From Octopus sinensis (taxonomy: Eukaryota), in contig NC_043016.1 of assembly GCF_006345805.1 (NCBI RefSeq), positions 2,170,001 through 2,234,000 of the forward strand: a DNA stretch of 64,000 bases, written 5' to 3'. Under the pieces are notes generated by a model. The model was not told the DNA's origin, did not search any database, and worked only from the letters and a program-made list of their open reading frames with translations. The position numbers and the translations under genes are program-made. Below are positions 51,640 through 64,000 of the stretch, in pieces (the first letter of the stretch is position 1; each line of letters starts with the position of its first letter).

Positions 51640-53432
51640 TTATTTTAAGCAGCAGAAAATTCAACAAAATCTGTTACTCTGAGTTTCTCGTTGCCGTTCA
51701 TCAGACAGTTTTTTGCTAGAATGGAACTGATATATAAATTCAATCTATACTCTTACAAACGCTACACACCTTTAAAAGAAATGGACTGTTTGATTGGCCC
51801 TTTAGAAAAAACGGTCAATCTTCGAGCGATAACAACCAAGGTCAAAGATATATGTATATATATAATATAAAAAACTTATAAAAATTATATATACAAAACT
51901 TATAAAAATTATAAAATCCGAGGAAAACCATTGACGTTAATGAGACAGTGCAAATTAATGCATAGAAATTAAACCTGTTTAAATACTGCAATACCATATT
52001 TATATTAAAATCTACATATATATATCAACATACACAAAGGATGCGCGTAAACGCCATACATACATATACAGACGTATGAATATGAATCTAAATATACACT
52101 AAACATGTCTAACATATATTCACGCAAACCGTCTCGCACGCAAGCTAAAATTCATCTATGTAGCAATTCTCATATACTGGGCAAGGAGGGGAACGAAAGA
52201 AAGGAGAGAGAGAGAAAAAAGAAACGAAGGAGGGGTGAGGAAAAAAAAAAATAAGCAGTGTAACGCTGTATTGGCATCTATAGAGCCCAGTATACATACA
52301 CAATTTGAATGGATACATATACATACCGTCGTGTATTTGTGCTTAAGCACAAACATACTTTCACTTACACATACCAGATACGCATGCTTACAAATACTAT
52401 GCTTTGCTATACACATACTTATATAACATTCTAATTTACAACATTGCTTTTTTTAAAAACATTGCTTTTAAAAAAATTGTGCATTAATAAAAATATAACG
52501 AAAGACATATAAAATAAAATATAACATCCTATTTTGGGTCATTTATAATAATAAGGTAATAACATAATCAAAGGTAATCCTATGCAATACAATAACTGAA
52601 ACAAAGTTTGTAGGTTTTTCCTAATATATATGTAGAAACATAAGACTTTGCTATACGATTAAGATCCGCATAGCATGGAAACACAATCCATCGTAGCGCT
52701 CAAGACTCAAAATCAAAATCAAAAATCAAAAATACAAAATATATACTCTATCCATATGGTATAAAAATTATAAAATCCGAGGAAAAACCATTGACGTTAA
52801 TGAAGACAGTGCAAATTAATGCATAGAAAATTAAACATCGCCAGCCTCGTTTCTTTTTTCTCTCTCTCCCTTTCTTTCGTTCCCCCTCCTTGCCCAGTAT
52901 ATGAGAATTGCTACATAGATGAATTTTAGCTTGCGTGCGAGACGGTTTGCGTGAATATATGTACACATGCTTTTATGTGTAATATTAGATTCATATTCAT
53001 ACGTCTGTATATGTATGTATGGCGTTTACGCGCATCCTTTTGTGTATGTTGTATATATATATGTAGATTTTTACTATAAATATGTAATTGCATATTTATA
53101 ACAGGTTTAATTTCTATGCATTAATTGCACTGTCTTCATTAACGTCAATGGTTTTTTCCTCGGATTTTATAATTTTATAAGTTTTTATATATAATTTTTT
53201 ATAAGTTTTTTATATATAATATATACATATATCTTTGACTTTTTTGTTTATCGCTCGAAGATTGACCGTTTTTTCTAAAGGGCCAATCAAACAAGTCCAT
53301 TTCTTTTTAAAGGTGTAGCGTTTGTAAGAGTATATATTGAATTTATATATCAGTTCCATTCTAGCAAAAACTGTCTGATGAACGGCAACGATAAACTCAG
53401 AGTACAGATTTTGTTGAATTTTCTGCTGCTTA
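51640..53432. repeat. ~590-bp inverted duplication (arms 51640-52228 and 52847-53432)
   Basis: Arms are reverse complements differing mainly by small indels. Confidence 0.85.
51666..51712 (-). ncRNA. Minimal type-I hammerhead motif H3
   Basis: AAAACTGT-CTGATGA-ACG-GCAA-CGA-GAA-ACTCAGAGT-A-ACAG-A-TTTT; damaged inverted copy at 53367-53412. Confidence 0.7.
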
Positions 53433-53448
53433 AAATAAAGTATATATA

Positions 53449-53500
<52 letters not shown>

Positions 53501-53827
53501 GGAGTAAACACATAAATGTGAAACAGGTGGAAAAAAAGAGTACTCATACCAGTGGTAGAGTATTATGTGAAACAATTTGGAAAACATAAATGTGAAAAAA
53601 GGTTGAAAAAATAAGTATTATAGATATATATATATATATATGTATATATATCTATTATATATATACAAAACCAACTTCTTATCTATCTATATATATATAT
53701 ATATATCATATATGTATATAATATATATATGTATATATATATTTATATATATATATGTGTGTGTGTGTGTGTGGTGTGCATATGTATATATATATATTTT
53801 ATATATGTACACACACACACACACACC

Positions 53828-53863
<36 letters not shown>

Positions 53864-53867
<4 letters not shown>

Positions 53868-55477
53868 CAGATGTATCAAGCTGCTGGATCAGGTGATGAA
53901 GTTTACGGAAAGGGTCATACCCAACTGATTAGAGAGAGGTCAACCTGAACGAGATGCAGTTTGGTTGCGTCGTGCCAGGGAAAGCACCACCAATGCCATA
54001 TTTCTGGTGAGACAGAGCAGGAGAATACCTAGCCAAACATAAAACTCTGTACCTGGCTTTCGTTGACTTGGAGAAAGCCTTTGACAGGGCCCCCGTTCCC
54101 TTATCGGGTGGTCAATGAGGAAACTAGGGATAGATGAATGGTTAGTGAGAGCTGTGCGTGCCATGTACAGGGACGCTGTTAGTAAGGTGAGGGTTGGCAA
54201 CGAGTACAGTGAAGAATTCTGGGTGGAGGTTGGGGTCCACCAAGGCTCAGTCCTCAGTCCCCTCCTATTTATCATAGTCCTCCAGGCAATAACGGAGGAA
54301 TTCAAGACAAGATGCCCCTGGGAGCTCCTCTATGCTGATGACTTTGCTCTAATTGCTGAATCACTATCAGAACTCGAGGAGAAGTTTCAGGTGTGGAAGC
54401 AAGGATTAGAATCAAAGGGCCTTAGAGTCAATCTAGCTAAAACCAAAGTCCTAATAAGTAAGAAGGTAGACAAATCACAAACGCCTTCAGGTAGATGGCC
54501 CTGCTCGATCTGTAGAAAAGGCATAAGTAGGAACTCGATAAGATGTACCAAGTGTAAGCTATGGACACATAAGAGGTGCAGCAATGTCAAAGGAAGGCTA
54601 ACTAGGAATATAGTTTTTGTATGAGGCAGATGCTCTGGTGCAATAAACACTGAAAATGCGCAGAGACCGTCTTCCGCCACATTCCAGGGAGAAAAACTAG
54701 AAATAGTTGATAGTTTCCGTTACCTAGGTGATCAAGTCAGTAGTGGGGGTGGGTGTGCCGAAAGTGTAACTGCTAGAGTAAGAATAGCCTGGGCAAAGTT
54801 CAGAGAGCTCTTACCCCTGCTGGTGACAAAAGCCTCTCCTCGCTCAGAGTAAAAGGCAGACTGTATGACGCTGTGTACGAAACCCCATGCTACATGGCAG
54901 TGAAACATGGGCTGTGACTGCTGAGGATATGCGTAACCAACCTCGCAAAATGAAGCCGGTATCTCCGATGGATGTGTAATGTCAGTGTTCATACCCGACA
55001 GAGTGTACTGCCTTGAGAGAAAAGTTGAACCTACGAAGCATCAGATGTGGTGTGCAAGAGAGACGTCTATGCTGGTATGGACACCTGGTAAGAATGGATA
55101 AAGAAAATCTGTGTGAAAAGTGCCACACCTAGCATTGAGGTACACCTGTAGAAGAGGTAGACCCGGAAAACTTGGGACGAGGTGTGAAACACGACCTTCG
55201 CTTTTTAGGTCTCACCCGGAAATGACCAGAGACCGAGACCTTTGGAAGTATGCTTGTGCATGAGAAGACCCGCAGGACAAGTGAAGCCATAACCCTTGGC
55301 CCCTACCTGAGACATAGTCAGTCCACCTGTGCATACCTTCCTTCTTGGGACACATAACTACTTGTGAAGACCTGTTGAGGCAAGTGAAAATCAAAATCAA
55401 AGAATCAAATCAAAATCAAATCGATCCACATCAATGGAATATGCAGTTTGTGGTACCAGTGGCACATAAGAACCATC
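53864..55477 (+). mobile_element. RTE-clade LINE, 5'-truncated, running into the gap
   Basis: FVDLEKAFD, GVHQGSVLSPLLF, LYADD, VNLAKTKV, FRYLGD; 3' part heavily frameshifted. Confidence 0.9.
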
Positions 55478-55577
55478 NNNNNNNNNNNNNNNNNNNNNNN
55501 NNNNNNNNNNNNNNNNNNNNNNNNNNNNNNNNNNNNNNNNNNNNNNNNNNNNNNNNNNNNNNNNNNNNNNNNNNNNN
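55478..55577. other. Assembly gap (100 N)
   Basis: Run of N. Confidence 1.
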
Positions 55578-55882
55578 ATATATATATATAATATATATAT
55601 ATATATATAGGTATGATTATGAAAGCAGGAGAAATAGAACTCAAAATATGAGTGTATGTGTAAATTTATTTATGTTTAGCGGAAGTAACAGAATGACTCG
55701 AAGTCCGAAAGTTTCGTGCATTTTGATCAGTGCCATTGCATGAAACTTCTGGTCACATTTAATATAATATATATTTACACACACACAAATATATATATAT
55801 ACATATTTAAAATGTTACCGCGTGTGTAACGTTGGCGATTTTTTCCTCCGTCTTCCCTTCTTTGGATCTTTCCTTTTTCTAT

Positions 55883-55917
55883 GTTTCCGACGAAGAGCTT
55901 CGCTCGAAACGTTAGAC
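55883..55917 (+). ncRNA. Minimal type-I hammerhead motif H2 (core CCGACGA) in a ~200-bp (TA)n-flanked element (55810-56020)
   Basis: GTTT-CCGACGA-A-GAGC-TTC-GCTC-GAA-ACGT-T-AGAC. Confidence 0.6.
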
Positions 55918-56016
55918 CCTCCTTCTTTCCTTCTTTCCTGAGCGTCCAATAATACTATACTTGTTCCACGTCCTCGCGTTGTTGTGTTTTTTCTTTGTGT
56001 TTTCATGTTTGGATTA

Positions 56017-56060
<44 letters not shown>

Positions 56061-56063
<3 letters not shown>

Positions 56064-56439
56064 TACCGTCAGAAATTAATTAGCACCCTTGATTTTCTCC
56101 TCACTCAAGGTATGTGCTGTCACCTAGTGGCCATATCTCGAACTATTGCTTTGTTGTGAGTTCACTGTTGCGCAGAACGATGACGTAACTTTGTTTGCAG
56201 AGCAGTTTGAGAGTCTACAGCCTTATGATTTTGACATAGCAGTGCAACAACAACTTGGAGTGCGGATGCAGACAAATCTTCCTTTGTTTAATAGATATAG
56301 GTAGCGCCTCGCAAGGACCGAAATCACACCATACTAAGTTTTCTCATCGCGTAAGACGTTTTGAACAGCTCATAGGTTAATTGATTTAACCTATTTAATG
56401 TAGAAATTTGAGAAGTGCTAATTAATTTCTGACGCAATG
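56061..56439. mobile_element. Tc1/mariner-type MITE
   Basis: TIRs cactaccgtcagaaattaattagcac and gtgctaattaatttctgacgcaatg; TA flanks. Confidence 0.8.
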
Positions 56440-56617
56440 TATATATAGATATATATATATATATATCTGTATATACAAACGTACATACATGCATACATAT
56501 ACATGAGTGTGTTACATAATAAACACAGAAAGAAAATTACTCTCCCCAGACACAACAGTATATATTATATATATATATAATATATATATATATTCGTAGT
56601 CATATCTGTCCACATCC

Positions 56618-56710
<93 letters not shown>

Positions 56711-57346
56711 GCTTTAAATAATATATACAAGTAGTCATATATATATATATAAGAATTTATTGTACACTCACTTATACACACATATATATATAAAATCAGG
56801 ACAGTTTTCACATCGAAATATATATCTATTAATACGTGATGCCTCGAATGGTGTATATATAAAAAAAAATTGATTAAATTTCGTTCCCAGTTGGGGAAAG
56901 AATCTATAATTATTAGCGATTCTGAAACTGAAGACTGGATAAAAACATTTCAATAAACCTGATTTTCACAAAGTTAATTTACGTCCATAGGTGACACTTT
57001 GATCGCTATTTACAGTAGTGGATTTCTCTTGTTCAATCCACTGAATTACCTGCCTTTGAACTAACGTGTATGTGGTTAGCAAACCCACAGCTACGTGATA
57101 CGATGTGGACAAGGCTGTACATTTTGATTCGCGGTTACAATCCACCCTACTGGCATCTACGTGCTTCTGTATTCGTCATAATTTTACTAACAAGGTATAG
57201 ATCGACTCAAGATTATATAAAACTCTGTTTACACAAGTTGCAATTGAAGTGGATCGAACCCGAATCCTGTGGTCGAAGTATATTTTTAAGCCTCCACACA
57301 GTACGCGCACACACACGTTTACACAAAAGTGTATGTATCTATATAG

Positions 57347-57402
<56 letters not shown>

Positions 57403-57453
57403 GTCCCTTTATACTTCGTTTTTGCATTTGGTTTTGCAAGACTCTTGATGCGA

Positions 57454-57687
57454 GTCTTGCGGCAAGCTGGCAGAAACGTTAGCACGCCGGGCGAAATGCT
57501 TAGCGGTAATTCGTCTGCCGCTACGTTCTGAGTTCAAATTCCGCCGAGGTCGACTTTGACTTTAATCCTTTTGGGGTCGATAAATTAAGTACCTGCTACG
57601 CAACGAAGTCGCTATAATCGACTTTAGTCCTTTGTCTGTCCTTGTTTGTCTCCTCTGTGTGTAGCCCCTTGTGGGCAATAAAGAAAT
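57454..57687 (+). mobile_element. SINE family 2, full length, with 16-bp TSD
   Basis: TSD aagactcttgatgcga at 57438 and 57688; GAGTTCAAATTCC B box. Confidence 0.88.
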
Positions 57688-58124
57688 AAGACTCTTGATG
57701 CGAATTCGTGTGTTGACACAAATCCTTTTGCGTCTTGGGAAGGTTTTCATGTCAATAATAATAAACACATAAACTGATTAATTATATTTTTCTATAGTTA
57801 GTCAATCAATTAAATATCAACCCAAATAACTAATCGATAATTTCTTTAATGTATTGATTTAAAAAATCAATCAGTTGTTTATTTGTCAAAGTTCTTCCGT
57901 CAATATTCGTGACCTTATCAATGACATTTCTTCTCCCTTCAAGGTCTGTGAACAGCGATGAAAGAATTTTGACAAGCAAATAATCGATTGATTGTTTGAC
58001 CAACATATTAAACAACGTATCGATTAATCAGTTAGTTAGATATTTAACCAATTGACTAACAATAAAGAAGTGATATAGAACCAGTGCGTGTGTATTATTA
58101 TTGGCATAATAATTCGTATATATG

Positions 58125-58186
<62 letters not shown>

Positions 58187-58540
58187 TATATATTATATAT
58201 ATTATATATATTATATATATAATACAAAGTAAGATAGGGGTTATGAGGGTTATCCAATATACTGCTGGTGAAGCACCCAATGCCAAATACATAAATGCTT
58301 ATAATTGCAATGCATTTAATTCATTTATTGTATCGGATGGGCGAAGGTAAAATATTTTACCGTTAATTCATAATACAAATAAGAAAATGGAAGAACAAAT
58401 TCATTTCAATCATCAACTTACAGATATTATCATTTCATATTATTTATTAACTACATAAATAGGAACATCCAAATCCAACAAAACAATATACATCAATATG
58501 CAAAATTAATAATACCATAAGAATAATACAAATAACATGG

Positions 58541-58666
58541 TCCTTACAGCTGTTTCAACCCAAAGATAAGATTTTCTCATTCTGCCTATATTAGTCAAAT
58601 GTATTGAGGTAATATGCAGTTGAAAATGAGGTACTTATATATGTATCTCATGGCCTCGTCAGAAAT
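58541..58666 (-). ncRNA. Hammerhead-like motif H4b with long helix II insertion
   Basis: CTGACGA-GGCC(~85 nt)GGTT-GAA-ACAGCTGT-A; weak helix I. Confidence 0.45.
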
Positions 58667-58722
58667 TATAAAGTACAATCATAAAAATATAAATATAAAT
58701 ATGAAACAAAATACACATACAT

Positions 58723-58762
<40 letters not shown>

Positions 58763-58765
<3 letters not shown>

Positions 58766-59094
58766 CGTGTGTATGTGTGTGTATATGTGTTTGTGAGTGT
58801 GTGTACGTGTGCGTTTGTATGTGTGTGTTTGACAATTTCTTTTCACCCCACTTTACTCTGATGAACCTGGCAAAATCCGGCATGCAAATTCATATATACA
58901 CTTTTGTGTGTGTATATATATATATATTATATATATATATACACACACACAAAAGTGTATATATGAATTTGCATGCCGGATTTTGCCCAGGTTCATCAGA
59001 GTAAAGTGGGGTGAGAAGAAATTGTCAAACACACACATACAAACGCACACGTACACACACTCACAAACACATATACACACACATACACACGCAC
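58763..59094. repeat. ~330-bp near-perfect palindrome centred on (TA)n
   Basis: Arms differ at only a few positions. Confidence 0.9.
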
Positions 59095-59619
59095 ACCCAT
59101 ACGTGCACGCACGCACACACGCATATACACATATGAACTTGCACACACACACACATACACGTGAAATCACGTGAGTGTACTCAAACCCATACATTTTTGA
59201 GTACAACTGAAAAAGGGAGATGATTAGGAGGAGAGACTGAGAGAGATAAAGGGAAGAAATAAATAAAAAAGGTAACGAGAAGAAAAAGAGTAAAACTTGA
59301 AGAAACCAAGAGGAATGTTGATAGGGAGATGGAGTACGTAGGGAGAGAAAAAGAAAAAAGGAGAGAGATAATAAAGGGAGAGAAAGAATGCAAGGAAGAC
59401 GGGCATTGGTCGGTAGCTGAATAAATTGAAAGCATGGGATTCGTATGTATAGGGATACAGAGGACGAAGGCTGATAGCTGGTCCTATATGCATAAACGCA
59501 TATAAGACATACAAAAGCTAAGATATAAATCAAGCTAAAGGCGGAATATAAAATGCTTAAGAAGTCAAATTATCATCGTAGTAATAAAAATAACGATTAT
59601 AGTGACATTAGTATTGTCA

Positions 59620-60198
59620 GTATGTATGTGTTTATACGTATGTATGTATGTATGTATGTATGTATGTATGTATGTATGTATGTATGTATGTATGTATGTA
59701 TGTATGTATGTATGTATGTACGTATGTACTTATGTATGTATGTATGCATGTATATATGAATGCATGTATGTATGTATTTATGTATGTATGTATGTATGTA
59801 TGTATGTATGAATGTATGAATGCATGTATGTATGTATGCATGTATGTATGTATGCATGTATGTATGTATGTATGTATGTACGCAGGTATGTATGTATGTA
59901 TGTACGTATGTATGTATGTATGAATGTATTAATGCATGTTTGTATGTATGTATTTATGTATGTATGTATTTATATATGTATGTATGTATTTATATATGTA
60001 TGCATGTATGTATGTATGCATGCATCTATGTATGTATGTATTTATGTATGTATGTATGCATGTATATATGAATGCATGTATGTATGTATGTATTTATGTA
60101 TGTATGTATTAATGTATGTATGTATGTATGTATGTATGTATGTACGTATGTATGAATGTATGAATGCATGTATGTATGTATGTATTTATGTATGTATG

Positions 60199-60232
<34 letters not shown>

Positions 60233-60620
60233 CGTATGTATGAATGTATGAATGCATGTATGTATGTATGTATGTATTTATGTATGTATGTATGAATGTA
60301 TGAATGCATGTTTGTATGTATGTATCTATGTATGTATTTATGTATGCATGCATGCATGCATGTATGTATGTACGTATGTATGTATGAATGTATGAATGCA
60401 TGTATGTATGTATGTATGTATGTATGTATGTACGTATGTATGTATGTTTGTATGTATTTATGTATGAATGCATGTATGTATGTATATATGTATGTATGTA
60501 TATATGCATGTATGTATGTATGTATGAATGTATCTATGAATGCATGCATGCGTGCATGTATGTATGTATCACTTTATGTAAGTATGTATTTATGTATGTA
60601 TGCATGTATGTATGTATGTG
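59620..60620. repeat. ~1-kb degenerate (TATG)n array
   Basis: Direct reading. Confidence 0.95.
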
Positions 60621-62436
60621 TACGTGCAGATTTGTATGTTTTGCTTCATGTATGTATCCTCATGCATATAGTTGCATATCTAAACATGCTCATGTATATT
60701 TAAATGATAAACTTCCGGACAGTTTTACAGATTTTTACAGTTCCAGTGATGGACTGGATCTGTAGTCTTCGAATTAGTTTTCTCCTTTCTGGTTTTGAGA
60801 AGCCTAATTTATCAAGATTGGTACTTAGGCAGTGTATCACATATCCAAGTGCTCCAACAATTACAGGTATAAACCTGAACTTGTAATCTGGATCGAGTGA
60901 CTACACATTTCTAAATAGTTCAGCGTAGGTATTCTCTTTTCCACTGATCTTCAGCTTCATATTAACATTCGCTGGGTAGGTGATGTCCACAACTGTACAC
61001 AATTTCTCTTCTCTATACAAAATCGTTATATCAGGTCTATTGTGTTTACATTTTATTGAGGTTTTCAACGGGGCATTCCACCAGTACTCCTTGTTATTAT
61101 GAGTGGTTATGGTTTCTCCCATACTGTGGTTTCTTATTTCTTTATCTTCGGTGTTATCTACAACATCATGTCTCATCAGTAGATAATACTGTGATGTGGG
61201 TGATATCTTCCGTGTTAACTTCACAAAGTGTGCATCAGTTGTCACATTTTACAGCTTTTCCTGCATCTCTATTCCTTTTGTGTATCAGGTACTTGGTTGA
61301 TATTTCCTGTTCTTGGATTGAAAATGCATACCCTTCAAAATGGGAGGTAGTAATCCGTTTGTTGGCCATGATAGACTGTTTTGATGATTGATGTTACTAT
61401 CATCTCGGGGCTAAACATAGAGGGAACAAACAAGAATATAGAAAAGGATTAAGTCGATTACATCGACCCCACTGCGTAACTGGTACTTAATTTATCGACC
61501 CCGAAAGGATGAAAGGCAAAGTCGACCCCGGCGGTATTTGAACTCAGAACGTAACGGCAGACGAAATACCGCTAAGCATTTCGCCCGGCGTACTAACGAT
61601 TCTGCCAGCTCACCGTCTTTATGTTAGCTTTCTGCTAGCATATCCATTCTGATATACGCTCATCCTTTCATCTCATGATATGTTGTGGTAGAGTCGTGCG
61701 ACTGCTTTGGGCAAGTATTTAAGGTTATAAGACAAGGAATATTGCTCAAGGAGCTGCCTTTCAAGTCTTATGATATCAACCTCGTGTATACAAACTTGAT
61801 CAAGAGATGCATTTCGACACTTGGTGGTTAAAAGATGTTTCAAAGGGATATGATACGACATGCAAAGGCAGCCTGAGTCGATGTTACGCCTCTGCCGCCA
61901 TGTTTCGTTTTAGGTAGAGGCGATTTACGTCACTGTTTATGTGGAAATTATGTGTGCTTGTTAGTATCTTGATCTCATCAAGCACTCAACCAGGCATCCC
62001 ACATATTGGTATGAGAACTGACACGGCAAACACATTGTGGGCCACTGTTTTATTGAATACAGAGAGTTCTGAGGTCCAAAATGCCTTTTTTGGGCTGTAA
62101 TATTATTTAGTGACACGTGTTTTGTTACAGGTGCCATTGTAAGATATGTTTTCATCGGTATGTTTTTATCTACCCCTAGATACCTGTAACATTCCTCATC
62201 AGATATAGGAGAAGCAGTTAGGTCATTGATAGAAATGTTGTTAGTCTGGTTTTCAGTTTTCCCTCTTTTTGCAACCCTATAGCAACATTTACTCTGACCA
62301 AATGCTAACCTTTATCCTTTTTCGTTTCGTGCATATTTCTTGCATATAGTTTCAAGTCATCCACAAAGAAACAGTGAGTAATTTTGGTATTTCTGTTTCC
62401 TCGTGAACCAGTGAGATATCCTTCAGACTTCCTTAC

Positions 62437-62440
<4 letters not shown>
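60620..62440 (-). mobile_element. R4/Dong LINE family C, interrupted by a family 2 SINE (61405-61617)
   Basis: FFVDDLKLY, NSDVNRLYLKR, HNRPDITIL...VDITYP, FIPVIVGALG; (CATA)n on both flanks. Confidence 0.82.
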
Positions 62441-62467
<27 letters not shown>

Positions 62468-62522
62468 TGTATGTATGTATGTATGTATGTATGTATGTAT
62501 GTATGTATGTATGTATGTATGT

Positions 62523-63152
62523 ATATCATTGTTCAGTTTTATTTCAAGATTTCTTGCCAATAGAGAAAGAGGCGGTTTCTAACCTAAATTCAAGACTCCT
62601 TCATTGGAATTTCAACATCAAAAAACGGTATTTTCGTTTGTATGTATTTATGTATGTATGTGTATGTGCAGATTTGCATGTATTGTCCTGCATATTGTTG
62701 CGTATCCAGACATGCTCATATATATTTAAATGATAAACTTCTGGAACGTTTTACGGATTTTTACAGTTCCAGTGATGGATTGAGTCTTCTCCTTTCTGGT
62801 TTTGAGAAGCTTAATTTCTCAATATGTGATACATATCCCAGGGCTTAATTAATTACAGGTATAACCCTGAACTTGTAATCTGGATAGATTAACTGCAAAT
62901 TTCTCAATAATTCAGCGTAGATATTCTCTTTTTCACTGATCTTCAGCTTTATGTTAAATCTGCTGGGCAGCTAATTTCCACAACTGTGCACACTTTCTCT
63001 TCTCTATCCCAAATCATTATATCAGGTCTGTTGTGCTTCCTTTTTATTGAGGCCTTCACTGGTACATTCCACCAGTATTCCATTTCATTATGAATGTATA
63101 TAGCTTCTACCATGTTGTGGGGGGTTTGTTTGTCTTCGGAAGTATCCTTCCG
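62523..63152 (-). mobile_element. R4/Dong LINE family C, 3' fragment
   Basis: HNRPDIMIWDREEKVCTVVEISCP RLE motif; complete 3' UTR; (CATA)n on both flanks. Confidence 0.85.
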
Positions 63153-63207
63153 ATGTATGTATGTATGTATGTATGTATGCATGTATATATTATGATATAT
63201 CATGTAC

Positions 63208-63252
<45 letters not shown>

Positions 63253-63318
63253 AATTTTTTGCGTAATGAGATAAAAAAACCAAGGCTGTATAGATATTAG
63301 AGCATTTATAGATAGAAG

Positions 63319-63373
63319 GTCTTACAGCTGTTTCTAGAATATTAATTAATAATAATATCCCTTCATCGGAGAC
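63319..63373 (-). ncRNA. Minimal type-I hammerhead motif H4 (core CCGATGA)
   Basis: GTCT-CCGATGA-AG-GGATATT(10)AATATTC-TA-GAA-ACAGCTGT-A-AGAC. Confidence 0.6.
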
Positions 63374-64000
63374 GGTGTGAGAGGAAAAATTAAATCATAG
63401 CTAGTTTAGATGTGATACAAATAGAGAGTGATGTGGAAGAAATAAAATAGATGTAAGATATGTATGGGTATTGAATTCGTAAATCCATTTTATAGACATA
63501 ATGGTATATATGTGTAATATTCCAATATCCTTTGAGTAAAATCCAAAAGTCCAGCAGAGTTTAATATGAGCCGATCCAGATATAGAGTTTATGAGCAATG
63601 TAAGATTCTCTTAAAGTTGGTCATTCCCAGTAGGGAATATATAGAGAGTGTAGCAGATTCAAGGTTTGCATTTAAACTGACCTAGAAATAGAGAGTGTAT
63701 TAGTATGGTTAAATTGAAAACAGGAAGAGAGGAATGAAAAAAAAAAGAGAGAGAGCGAAAAAGGAGGAGAGAAAGAAAGAATGAAAGAGAAAGGAGAAAG
63801 AAGATTAGTAAAAATAACAAAAGATAAACTAAAGAATAAAACTCCTGAAGATATGAATAAAGGGAATAAGGAAAAGAAAAATTAAGATATAGGTTGGTCA
63901 GTGGTCAGGGGAGATAATTTGAAAGTAGGAGTGGGGATAGAGAGAGAAAGGTATTATAGTGTAAAAGATAGAGGAATGGGGGCGGGGTTAAGAGGTAGAG

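Noticed and set aside
54800-55260. Dense frameshifts in the RTE as programmed recoding
   Set aside because: Many single-base losses next to an assembly gap point to low consensus quality or decay.
58857-58890. CTGATGA inside the palindrome (and a similar case at about 3755-3782 on the minus strand)
   Set aside because: It lacks GAAA and helices I and III.

Overview
This is repeat-dense, AT-rich animal genomic DNA. It is most likely an octopus; that is an inference from the SINE and LINE repertoire, not a verified assignment. No host protein-coding gene can be supported. Almost all long ORFs in the track are microsatellite translations or pieces of decayed transposons. The window holds three families of R4/Dong-type (RLE) LINEs, two Tx1/L1-type LINE copies, RTE and CR1 fragments, a Tc1 transposon with IR/DR ends, a hAT (Buster-type) transposon, a Tigger/pogo fragment, several MITEs, many tRNA-derived SINEs, an interstitial TTAGGG tract inside inverted repeats, and a 100-N gap. 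Two patterns stand out. (1) Eleven minimal type-I hammerhead ribozyme motifs from about five unrelated short elements are present. Each has, or decays from, a self-complementary helix III of the dimer-cleaving Penelope type. One carries a compensated G3:C8 core swap and two carry U4C. (2) Retroelements appear sorted by microsatellite class and strand: (TAA)n, (CATA)n, (TATC)n and (TA)n each host their own families. One Dong family appears to have switched target from TAA to CATA.
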